A stretch of 64,000 nt of DNA from Parcubacteria group bacterium (lineage in GTDB: Bacteria; Patescibacteriota; Minisyncoccia; Phycocordibacterales; UBA2135). The stretch lies in NCBI GenBank assembly GCA_016204045.1, contig JACQLQ010000001.1, positions 257,792 through 321,791 on the forward strand, in the 5' to 3' direction. Below the pieces are notes generated by a model. It searched no databases, had not been told where the DNA came from, and saw only the letters and a program-made list of their open reading frames with translations. Positions 37,755 to 46,422 of the stretch are shown one piece after another (position 1 is the stretch's first letter; each line of letters opens with the position of its first letter). A program made the position numbers and the translations under genes.

Positions 37755-38114
37755 ATGCCGGTCCGTTATAAGACCATCTCAAACCGTCGTGGCGTCGTCT
37801 TGTTCCGGCCCGAACCGAAGCAAGAAACTGTCACCGCTACGGTGACGGCGAGAGTGGCCCCGAATGACCCCGTCGTGGTCCTTGTGCGGGGAACTCGTGG
37901 CGTCGCTCCCTCTCCGCAGGGCAACACCGAGAACACTTCCGGGGTGCGCAAGGCTGTAGCCGTGGAGGCCGGACCCTATGTGCCCACTAAGTGGGAAATG
38001 CGGGCGCCGAAGTGCATCGATGTTCGGTCCGCCACTCGTCGGTTCTGGAAGGAGGCAAGACGTCGCGAGCGCGTGCGTCGTGAGCGCACGCGTCAGAGCT
38101 TCGCATTCGCATAA
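37755..38114 (+). CDS. Hypothetical basic protein with an Arg-rich C-terminus and about 60% GC
   Basis: Strong promoter and RBS. Higher GC than its surroundings. No family recognised. Confidence 0.4.
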   Translation: MPVRYKTISNRRGVVLFRPEPKQETVTATVTARVAPNDPVVVLVRGTRGVAPSPQGNTENTSGVRKAVAVEAGPYVPTKWEMRAPKCIDVRSATRRFWKEARRRERVRRERTRQSFAFA

Positions 38115-38240
38115 CAACAAACACACACCGGGGGAGGTTTTCTGCCTGTGCGCGGCACGCAGACAGGCCTCCCCCGACAAGGGCAGCATGATACGCTGCT
38201 CTTTTGTTTTTTCTACTGTGAATGTTGGTATAATGAAACA

Positions 38241-38588
38241 ATGCTATTACTTTCTGCTATAGCACACAGTATGGCTCCGTGGGCTTGGATTCTCGTGGGT
38301 GGGATTATTCTTACTGGAGGAGATATTATGACCAAGCTTGCAATTGAGGGGAGAGGGGAAACGTTCTTTTGGACAGGATTCACCCTTTTTATTATTGGCG
38401 AGTTTTTCCTCGCTATGAGTTTTTTTGGACAAAACATAGCTCAAGCAAGTTTGGCAATGGTCATCATTAATATCCTGGCACTTACGCTCGTAAACATCTT
38501 TGTGTTTCATGAGTCGATGTCTCTCCTTGGGTATGCTGCGATGGTGCTCGGACTCGTGTCGTATATCGTTCTTGAATTCTATGCGTAA
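38241..38588 (+). CDS. Small 4-TM membrane protein (SMR/DMT-like)
   Basis: Extended -10 TGGTATAAT upstream. About 115 aa with four hydrophobic helices. Confidence 0.5.
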   Translation: MLLLSAIAHSMAPWAWILVGGIILTGGDIMTKLAIEGRGETFFWTGFTLFIIGEFFLAMSFFGQNIAQASLAMVIINILALTLVNIFVFHESMSLLGYAAMVLGLVSYIVLEFYA

Positions 38589-38617
38589 GATGCATTTCCT
38601 GGTATAGTAGTTTTTTT

Positions 38618-38702
38618 GGAGGGGTCGCATAGTGGTCTAGTGCACACGCTTGGAAAGCGTGCAACCCGAAAGGGTTCGGGAGTTCGAATCTCCCCCCCTC
38701 CG
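38618..38702 (+). tRNA. tRNA-Ser(GGA)
   Basis: Long variable arm, anticodon loop TTGGAAA, T-loop TTCGAAT, G73. Confidence 0.85.
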
Positions 38703-38781
38703 TCCAGGTCACGCAACGTTTGGCCACCGCCTCCGTTTTGGTGTACACCCAGGTTCATAGGGAAAAAGATTTTTAAACAGT

Positions 38782-39774
38782 ATGCTGCAGTGGAAACATA
38801 TAACAATTATTGTCCTCACTTTCATCTTGGGGGCAGCACTTGGTTATACTCTTCATAGAACCTTCCAAACACAAGAGCGTGGTTTCATTGTGCGTGAGGG
38901 AGAATATAAATTCATCAGCCCAATCCTTGCATGTGAAATTGCGCAGGCAGGATCTTTTTCCGAACTGCATTCGGTGGAATCGGCGCTTGAACGAGTCATC
39001 GACAAAAAGATTGCTGACCGTGAAGTGGGTCATCTCTCCGTTTACCTCCGGCTGTTAAACAGCGGACGTTGGGTTGGTATCAATGAAGACGAGGAATATA
39101 CCCCCGCGAGTCTGATGAAGGTTCTTCTCATGATGGCCTTTTTAAAGGAAGCTGAGTTGAAGCCCTCTGCGCTGACCCAAGTTTTACAGTTTACCGATGC
39201 AAAAGAGCCAGGCCAGTATGGACCAGACGGAAGACGAGTTCCGCCATTAGAGGTCGGCAGTTTCTATACGGTTAGCAACTTAATAGAGCGTATGGCGGTC
39301 TACTCTTCTAATGCCGCTGAACACACTCTGCTCGATAATGTTAATCTTCCCATCCTCGAAGAGGTCTTTTCCGACCTCGGCTTGCCACCCCCCGACTCAC
39401 AAAGTGACAACGGTTTTTATGCCATGTCACCTGCAAAGTATTCACTCGCACTCCGTGTCCTCTACGGCGCTTCCTACTTGAACCGGGAGATGTCGGAGGC
39501 AGCCCTCGCGCTTCTGTCCAGTGGCGCCTACGAAGATGGTATTCGGAAGGGTGTATCAGAAGATATGACTGTTGCCAATAAGTATGGCATTTTCTTTGAG
39601 AAGGAGACGGGCCCCTTTGAACTCCACGACTGCGGCATCGTCTATTATCCTGACCATCCCTATCTTTTGTGCGTCATGACAAAAGGAACTAATCTTTCGG
39701 CACTTTCCTCTGCTATTGCGGATATCGCAACAACGGCGTATACAGAACTTGATCAGTTCTACCAAAACGAGTAG
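38782..39774 (+). CDS. Class A beta-lactamase-related serine hydrolase
   Basis: An S-x-x-K box (ASLMK), an SxN box (SSN), and KYG in place of KTG. Confidence 0.6.
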   Translation: MLQWKHITIIVLTFILGAALGYTLHRTFQTQERGFIVREGEYKFISPILACEIAQAGSFSELHSVESALERVIDKKIADREVGHLSVYLRLLNSGRWVGINEDEEYTPASLMKVLLMMAFLKEAELKPSALTQVLQFTDAKEPGQYGPDGRRVPPLEVGSFYTVSNLIERMAVYSSNAAEHTLLDNVNLPILEEVFSDLGLPPPDSQSDNGFYAMSPAKYSLALRVLYGASYLNREMSEAALALLSSGAYEDGIRKGVSEDMTVANKYGIFFEKETGPFELHDCGIVYYPDHPYLLCVMTKGTNLSALSSAIADIATTAYTELDQFYQNE

Positions 39775-39853
39775 CCGATTACAGAGAATCTTGACTCTCC
39801 ATTCGAGACGCTCTATAGTTGCAGGAGTTTTGAAATGAAGCGGAGTCGGAGAA

Positions 39854-40564
39854 ATGGCGAAGCGAAAAGATGTGGCGAAGGATGAGTCTCGCGTGGTGGT
39901 GTCAACCAGCTACTTCCTTTGTGCCAGTGATCACAAAGCACTTCGTGGATTTGCTTTTTGGGAAGAAAAGCCTGGTTACGAGGTGGCGCGTTCTTTCATT
40001 CAAAAAGGGCTTAAGAACGCCAAACGTCGGCGAGATTCTGTGGCTCGCTTGATTAGCGCCCAGCGCAGTGCCGAACGAAATCCGCAAGGCACATTAAATA
40101 GTGAGCGCGTGCGTAGTGTCCTGATTTCAAGAGAAGAATATGAGCAACTTCGCGATGAGGCACACGAGACGCACGTTACAATTTCGGAGCTCGTTCGTGC
40201 GTATGTGATACAAGGGCTGGAGGAAGCCCCGAAAGCGCGAAAGGCTTTTGAGCGGCGTCTCAAGAAACAGCGCAAGGCAGAAGTAGCAAAGTCACATGAC
40301 AAGTTTGTGCGGCGAATTGTCCGCGCGGCGACTAAGGAATTCCCGTCATTCGGTGGCGGACAGACGAGCGATACGAACCCGATTGCTCGAGCAATGAGCG
40401 ACAAGCCCCCCAAGTTTGCCGCAATGGTAGATATTGAATCAGTTGTCCGCTTCGTCTTTAAGCGAGCCGCCACTCAACTAGAAAGAGAGAAGCAGGGTGT
40501 TCGAGTTCGAAAGGTTTCGAGTAAGGCAGTTAGTCTGCAAGAGAAAAAGAGCGCGGGTGCATAA
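39854..40564 (+). CDS. Basic protein with a ribbon-helix-helix-like segment. Putative DNA-binding.
   Basis: RVRSVLISREEYEQLRDEAHETHVTISELVRAYVIQGLEE resembles CopG/Arc-type RHH. Lys/Arg-rich tails. Confidence 0.45.
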   Translation: MAKRKDVAKDESRVVVSTSYFLCASDHKALRGFAFWEEKPGYEVARSFIQKGLKNAKRRRDSVARLISAQRSAERNPQGTLNSERVRSVLISREEYEQLRDEAHETHVTISELVRAYVIQGLEEAPKARKAFERRLKKQRKAEVAKSHDKFVRRIVRAATKEFPSFGGGQTSDTNPIARAMSDKPPKFAAMVDIESVVRFVFKRAATQLEREKQGVRVRKVSSKAVSLQEKKSAGA

Positions 40565-40661
40565 GCCCCGCGCTTTTAATTAGTGTATTAGTTGACAAAG
40601 CCCCCAAGTATTCTATAGTTGGAAAAGCTGTTTACGCTTTCTTGCGAGCGCCGGAGGAGAA

Positions 40662-41132
40662 ATGGCACATCATTTCGACAAGCTGACCATTCGAACGGCA
40701 GGGATGCTACCGACAAGTGTGCCCAACATTCGTTTGTACGATATTACAAAAAACATAACAGGGGTAGTACTTGCTTCAAAGATTAAACACGGGATTGTGG
40801 TCGCTCAATCACTCCACACAACGGCAGGGCTTCTCGTAAATGAGAACGAAGATGGGTTGCTTCAGAACGACTTCCCAAATCTGTTAGTGTCTCTCTGCCC
40901 AGAAGGAACGTATACTCATGACCGCCCCGAGCGACTCGCCACACTAACCAATGAGCCCGTTAATGGTGTGTCGCACTTACGTGCCGCTCTCGGTCTTTTG
41001 CCATCAGTTACGCTTATCGTTAAGCATTCTGTGGTACAACTCGGGACATGGCAGGCGCTGCTCTTTGTCGATTGTGACCCTGTTCATCGAGAGGAACGTT
41101 TTGTCGATGTACTAGTTCTTGGTGAAGCGTAG
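40662..41132 (+). CDS. YjbQ/UPF0047 family protein
   Basis: SLHTTAGLLVNEN...HLRAAL...QLGTWQALLFVDCD. Confidence 0.75.
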   Translation: MAHHFDKLTIRTAGMLPTSVPNIRLYDITKNITGVVLASKIKHGIVVAQSLHTTAGLLVNENEDGLLQNDFPNLLVSLCPEGTYTHDRPERLATLTNEPVNGVSHLRAALGLLPSVTLIVKHSVVQLGTWQALLFVDCDPVHREERFVDVLVLGEA

Positions 41133-41168
41133 ACCCCTCCGCCAGTTGGCGGATGGGGTTTTTCTTTT
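41133..41168 (+). terminator. Rho-independent terminator
   Basis: cccctccgcc/ggcggatgggg followed by TTTTTC. Confidence 0.5.
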
Positions 41169-41242
41169 GAAAAAGTGGATAACGCACGATTTATCGCGTG
41201 GTATACTTGAGTCAACATTACGACTAACGTTCTCGCACGTGC

Positions 41243-41674
41243 ATGCCAGAGATAAGTATTAATTTTGTCGCGGTAGTAGTAGCTGCAGTCGTGTATATGG
41301 GGATAGGAATGCTTTGGTACGGGCCCTTATTTGGAAAAGAGTGGAGGCGACTCATAGGGTTCTCTGAAGCAGACATGAAGAAGATGACGATGACTCCAGT
41401 CCAGGCGATGGTCGGTGGTTTCATTGCCGCGCTCATCATGTCGTTCGTCCTCGCGCACGATGCGTATGTGTGGGGACTCTTCTTCGGGGCTTCTGTCGGA
41501 TCGTATCTTTTTGCATTCCAGCTTGCTTTCTGGATCTGGCTTGGGTATATCGCAACGACGCAACTCGGAGCTGTCTTATGGGAAGGCCGACCATGGAAAC
41601 TCTTTTGTCTTAATGCCGCGAACTCACTCGTCTCGCTTATCGCGATGGCGCTCGTCATCACTTTTCTCAAGTAA
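41243..41674 (+). CDS. DUF1761-like membrane protein
   Basis: MLWYGPLFGKEW near the N-terminus. 4 TM helices. Confidence 0.5.
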   Translation: MPEISINFVAVVVAAVVYMGIGMLWYGPLFGKEWRRLIGFSEADMKKMTMTPVQAMVGGFIAALIMSFVLAHDAYVWGLFFGASVGSYLFAFQLAFWIWLGYIATTQLGAVLWEGRPWKLFCLNAANSLVSLIAMALVITFLK

Positions 41675-42043
41675 CTCCTTCTGGTACACTCATAACCAGA
41701 ACAAAGTAATGAGGAGCTGGCAGTTGGGAGCAAAACTCGTCGCTTCAGTGATCTTCATAATTGCGGCTCTGCTTGCCTATATCAACGGTTTGTTGGTCGG
41801 AACCCTCGTTTTCTCCGGTTTATGGGTCATTGTAGGCACTGGATCCTTAAGAGAGTCGCTGATCAAGGGGGACAAAAGACTTTTGCGCATGACGGCCTCC
41901 CAGAGCCTGAAAACTTTTGCCAGAGCGGCTTTTTATGGTCCGTTTGTGCACCAGAGGGTGATGGCAAAACTATAGATGTGCAGAATCCCAAAAGGCGCTT
42001 TATTTGCGCCTTTTTACATTAAAAAAACCGAGCTAATGCTCGG

Positions 42044-42493
42044 CTATTCTTCATCAATGTCTCTCAAGACCACGATAAACGGATACTGCTTTGAGCTAAA
42101 GGCGTACCCGCGGAGGATATCCTTCATACCGCGATACTCCTCTCTATACCCTAAGTTAAAAGAAATGCGATTTGCCAACCACCAGTATCGCCAACCTTCA
42201 ACGGCGACAAACTCGCGGAATGCCTTTGGCTCGAAACGAACCAACTTGCAGTTGAAGACAGCGACGCCGGAGGAAGTAATGCACACTCGCGTGGGCCGCG
42301 TATCGATCCTAGAGACGAAAACCCACGGGGGAGTGATGTGCCACCCCGACCTCTCTTGCATCGCTACTGTACCGTCGACCACATTCCACGTGATACCCAC
42401 CTGGTGGGGGTCGAGGTGATTCAGGAAAGCAAGGTAAAAACCAAAAAGCAAAGAGGCGACTACCGCGACAACACTTGCCGAAAACCTTATCAC
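42044..42493 (-). CDS. Membrane-anchored protein, paralog 2 of a tandem pair
   Basis: Shares with 42490-42987 the pattern PP-x-V-x6-ID-x-RP-x2-VCI-x9-NCKLV-x-F-P and a C-terminus YAF-x4-YPF-x2-VLR. Confidence 0.55.
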   Translation of the reverse strand: MIRFSASVVAVVASLLFGFYLAFLNHLDPHQVGITWNVVDGTVAMQERSGWHITPPWVFVSRIDTRPTRVCITSSGVAVFNCKLVRFEPKAFREFVAVEGWRYWWLANRISFNLGYREEYRGMKDILRGYAFSSKQYPFIVVLRDIDEE

Positions 42494-42987
42494 GGCGCTA
42501 CGTCTTCAGCCTTAAGCTCTCGAAGGACGGTGAGGAATGGGTAGGTTTTGCTACTTCCATCGAATGCGTAGCTCTTCAGAATCTCACCCAATGCTGTAGC
42601 CCCAGTTCCTGTCGGAACAGTGGCGCCAGACCTGTAATCACGGCCATGCCAAGAGAGAAAGAGATCGAGCCCTTCAGGGTTGAACTTCACCAACTTGCAG
42701 TTCAGAACTCGAGCATTTGCGTTGATGCACACCTGCATAGGACGAAGGTCAATGGTCCCCACAATTACGAGAAATGGTGGGTTGATGACATACCCATTTC
42801 GTTCAATGCGCGAAATCTCACCGGTGCGGGCATCGTACTTGTAGCCGAGCTCGTAATTGTCGACGAAGTTAACCCAGCCAATGCGGAAGATGATTGCTCC
42901 TACGAAGGCAAGTGCGGCAATGAACCCAACAACAGTGAGTACGGCTCTTCCCCAACGAATCTGTGTTTTTTCGGGTGCCATTGGCAA
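42490..42987 (-). CDS. Membrane-anchored protein, paralog 1 of the tandem pair
   Basis: N-terminal TM helix. Homologous to the downstream gene, with a 4-nt ATGA overlap. Confidence 0.55.
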   Translation of the reverse strand: MPMAPEKTQIRWGRAVLTVVGFIAALAFVGAIIFRIGWVNFVDNYELGYKYDARTGEISRIERNGYVINPPFLVIVGTIDLRPMQVCINANARVLNCKLVKFNPEGLDLFLSWHGRDYRSGATVPTGTGATALGEILKSYAFDGSSKTYPFLTVLRELKAEDVAP

Positions 42988-43212
42988 CCTCCGTGGTTTA
43001 GTGCCTTGCGTATTTTATAACACCGCCAATGTTTGTCAACAAGCACTTCGAGGGCTTTCGATATTGTTCACTACGTTGTTGATAAATCACAAAAAGGTTG
43101 AACCTCCGGGTAATTTATCCACACTTCGTGAAAGAGATTCTGGGTACTTGCGCGTCTTGTGATACAATAGTGACAACTGTTGTATTACCAGTTAGTTTTT
43201 TGCTTACATCTA

Positions 43213-43394
43213 TGGATTTTCTTAAAAAAATGTTTGGTATGGGGAAGAAGGATGACGGTCAAATGCCGAAGGAGCCGCAAGTGAATCCCGACATGAATAG
43301 GGTTGATACAAGCATGGGGGGCGCGGAAAGCGCGAAGGCTTCGGGGCAACACGAACACAAGAGCGAGGACAAAAACGTGTGTGAGTTTTGCTAA
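43213..43394 (+). CDS. Small 60-aa protein ending in CEFC
   Basis: Extended -10 (TGATACAAT) upstream. Weak support. Confidence 0.3.
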
Positions 43395-43445
43395 CCATTT
43401 TTCTTCACATCGAACCTGCTGTGCCTTCGGCACGGCAGGGCGCAT

Positions 43446-44318
43446 GTGCAGAAAAATATGTTTCAACGCATCGTCTTTTTACTTGCGGTTTTTTTGCCAT
43501 CTATCGCCCGTGCTCATGATGGGCACGAGCATAGTCCGATAGACTTGGCACAGTTTGGCGCAGTCATCGGCGCACTTTCTGGCGCGAGCCAACTAGTGCT
43601 TACCGGTGTTGCTTTCGGCCTACTGCTCCTCATCGCACTCGCTGTCACTGTGAAGAAGCCGCAAAGTGAGTTCGCAAAAGCTTTTCTCTTCTTCCTACTC
43701 TCTGCTATTACAATACTCAGTACATGGGTCCTGGTTGACCGAACATTAGATGATGTGCGCCTGTCCCCAACGGGAGGCCCCGTACATTGGCACGCAGATT
43801 TCAGAGTTTTTAATTGCGACGAAGAAATTGATTCACTCGATCCATCGGGGCTTTCTAATCGTATTGGTACATCCGAGGTTCACGAACACGGCGATCTTCG
43901 TATTCATATCGAAGGCATTATTAGTGCCTTTACGGAAGCATCGCTCGGTAACTTTTTTAACGTAATCGGGGGCGAGCTCACAAACGAACGGCTCGTTGTT
44001 CCGACGAACAACGGTCTAGTGGTAATGGAGAACGGGAGGATGTGTCCAGGTGGAAGACCGGGAACACTCCAGGCATTTTTGTGGAGCACGGATGTGAGCA
44101 AAAAGCCGTGGGTGGCCAGCGTACAAAAGCTGGGAAGCGATTTCCCGGATTATGTCATGACTCCCGAAGCGATAGTTCCGCCCGGCGACTGTGTCGTCTT
44201 TGAGTTTGTTCCTGAAAAAGAGAAGACCTTTCGCACATGTGAGCAATATGAAGCGGCAGAAAACAGGGGAGACCTCATCATTCTCTGGCCGGATCTAGGT
44301 GATGATATCCGCAATTAA
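43446..44318 (+). CDS. Secreted or membrane protein with an HDGHEH motif and an extracytoplasmic Cys-containing domain
   Basis: Signal peptide, then HDGHEHS, a TM helix, and a domain with several Cys. Confidence 0.5.
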   Translation: MQKNMFQRIVFLLAVFLPSIARAHDGHEHSPIDLAQFGAVIGALSGASQLVLTGVAFGLLLLIALAVTVKKPQSEFAKAFLFFLLSAITILSTWVLVDRTLDDVRLSPTGGPVHWHADFRVFNCDEEIDSLDPSGLSNRIGTSEVHEHGDLRIHIEGIISAFTEASLGNFFNVIGGELTNERLVVPTNNGLVVMENGRMCPGGRPGTLQAFLWSTDVSKKPWVASVQKLGSDFPDYVMTPEAIVPPGDCVVFEFVPEKEKTFRTCEQYEAAENRGDLIILWPDLGDDIRN

Positions 44319-44326
44319 GTACGCAT

Positions 44327-45034
44327 ATGCTTGAAGCACAACTACCAACCCTCTTAACGGTCATTACAACGGCGGCCATTGACTCCATTAACCCGTGCGC
44401 TATCGGTGTCTTAATCCTGATGGTGAGCGTCATTCTTGCCTCGGGAGGATCGAAGGGGCGGCTTTTGTGGTTAGGTTGTCTCTATATACTCTCCATCTTT
44501 GTTGTCTACCTTCTCGCCGGACTTGGTCTCGCCTACTTCTTCACCAAAGTTCCGTTGGTGCTGACACTCTATATTTCGATTGTCGTAGGCGCCTTCATCA
44601 TTCTTGCCGGACTTCTTGAGGTTAAAGATTACTTTTGGTATGGGCGGTGGTTTTCGCTCGCTATCCCCGTGGCTTTTGCGAAAAAAATCCACGTCTACTC
44701 GGAACGCGCCACGATCCCAGGAGTCATTTTTCTCGGCGCCTTTGTCTCGGCGGTTGAGCTACCTTGTACCGGGGCGCCGTATCTCGCGATTATCACACTT
44801 CTTGCGCAGTACTTTGATTTCACTGCGTTCATGATGCTCGTGCTGTACAACATCATCTTCGTCGCGCCACTCATTATCCTCCTCCTTCTTGTTGCTGGGG
44901 GGATGCAAGTTCAGCGACTCAAGGCATGGAAACAAGGCGCGCGCGGTTACGTGCGCCTCCTTATAGGACTTCTCCTGGTTGCCTTGGGTTGGCTCTTGAT
45001 TTTAATTGCAAACGGGTCGATTAATTTTGGGTAA
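44327..45034 (+). CDS. DsbD/CcdA-like thiol-disulfide transporter family membrane protein
   Basis: Conserved Cys in the TM helices: DSINPCAIGVL and ELPCTGAPY. 6 TM helices. Confidence 0.5.
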   Translation: MLEAQLPTLLTVITTAAIDSINPCAIGVLILMVSVILASGGSKGRLLWLGCLYILSIFVVYLLAGLGLAYFFTKVPLVLTLYISIVVGAFIILAGLLEVKDYFWYGRWFSLAIPVAFAKKIHVYSERATIPGVIFLGAFVSAVELPCTGAPYLAIITLLAQYFDFTAFMMLVLYNIIFVAPLIILLLLVAGGMQVQRLKAWKQGARGYVRLLIGLLLVALGWLLILIANGSINFG

Positions 45035-45044
45035 AATAGTATGT

Positions 45045-45320
45045 ATGGACCACACACACATTGTTAAACGACACGGACACGAGGAAGCTTACGATAACCA
45101 CAAAGTATATGCCTCATGTTACGCGGCATGTGTTTCTGCGGCATGTCACAAAGAAGACGCGGAGCGCATTTGTGGGGAGGTAATGCAAGAGGTCGATACC
45201 TTTATTGACGACAAGGGTTCTGTCACCTCGGACGAGATTTTTAACGAAACAGCACGAGCGATGAGGGGGCGCCATGGAGAGGCCGCATTTTTGTACGAAA
45301 CGCACCGGGACATTTCGTGA
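45045..45320 (+). CDS. Standalone ATP-cone domain protein with a Cys cluster
   Basis: HIVKRHGHEEAYDNHKVYASCYAACVSAAC is an ATP-cone-type opening. GTGA overlap with the next gene. Confidence 0.45.
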   Translation: MDHTHIVKRHGHEEAYDNHKVYASCYAACVSAACHKEDAERICGEVMQEVDTFIDDKGSVTSDEIFNETARAMRGRHGEAAFLYETHRDIS

Positions 45321-45805
45321 AAGTTCTAGTTTCTAAGCTTTCCATTGTGAGTAAATATTTAGGCGTTCTCATTTTTCTTGTCTTAGCAGTAGTATTTGCC
45401 CGGCATGTCTTTTTTGATGCTAATACATGTGGTGCGACACTTCCGACATTTGCGTCGTTAAGTCTGGGAGGGGCATTCTTTGATGTAGAAATAGCGGGTA
45501 CGGCGGAAGAGCGCGCATGCGGGCTCTCCCGTCGTGCTTCTCTCCCAAAGGATCGGGCAATGCTCTTCATGTTTCCCGAAAGTGGCCTTCACGGGATATG
45601 GATGAAGGATATGCATTTTCCAATCGATATTCTCTGGCTAGATAAGGACCTCGTTGTTGTTGATTCTGCGCGAGATGTCTCCCCGGACTCATACCCAACC
45701 GTGTTTCATCCAAAGCGGGAAGCACGATATGTGCTTGAGCTTTCTGCTGGTGCCGCAGACGTCTTGCATCTCAAAGAGGGGGATAAGGTTACGATCCCCA
45801 ACTAA
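45317..45805 (+). CDS. DUF192 domain protein
   Basis: ERACGLSRRASLPKDRAMLFMF. N-terminal TM helix. Confidence 0.7.
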   Translation: MKVLVSKLSIVSKYLGVLIFLVLAVVFARHVFFDANTCGATLPTFASLSLGGAFFDVEIAGTAEERACGLSRRASLPKDRAMLFMFPESGLHGIWMKDMHFPIDILWLDKDLVVVDSARDVSPDSYPTVFHPKREARYVLELSAGAADVLHLKEGDKVTIPN

Positions 45806-45854
45806 TACGTTTTTTGGCTTGCTTTTTCTATTTTGTATAGTATAATGTAAGTAT

Positions 45855-46204
45855 CCCCTGTATTGGGTAGTTGCGCTCCGATGTAAATCGGAGTGAGGAA
45901 AGTCCGAACACGCCCCCGACGTAAGTCGGGGAGGACGGTAGCGGGTAACACCCGTCTGGAGTAATCCAAGGGATGCGAGCAGTGACGCCAAGGCCGAGAG
46001 GCCGAGGGCTCCTTAGGGAGTAATCCCGCCGAAAGGCGGGGGTGAAACGGCCAAATTCCTATCTGCGTGCAAGGCCGTGGTCACTTCTACCAACTGGCAG
46101 AAGTGACAGTGCCGCTTGAGGTCTTGAGCAATCAGGATCCTAGATAAATAGCTGCCGTCCCGATGTCATGTCGGGATACAGAATTCGGCTTATAGATACA
46201 GGGG
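45855..46204 (+). ncRNA. rnpB: RNase P RNA, bacterial type A
   Basis: P4 strands GAGGAAAGTCCG... and ...ACAGAATTCGGCTTATAG. P1 pairing cccctgtat/atacagggg. A TATAAT box 9 nt upstream. Confidence 0.85.
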
Positions 46205-46213
46205 AACATACAT

Positions 46214-46250
46214 GAAAATCCCCCCGAGAAATCGGGGGGATTTTCTGTTT
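46214..46250 (+). terminator. Rho-independent terminator after rnpB
   Basis: aaaatcccccc-gagaaat-cggggggatttt followed by CTGTTT. Confidence 0.6.
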
Positions 46251-46422
46251 ACCAGGGCTGTCTCTTGTGTCGTGTGCGTGTAGCGGTATAATTAGCATAC
46301 GTGTCATTGATCTATGTTAGCTTCGCTGTAACGTAAGGCGATGTGTTAGATCAAAGGTTTTTTATTGGATAATTACGTGCATACCCTCCCGCGTTAACAC
46401 ACAACTCATTGCGGGACTTATT

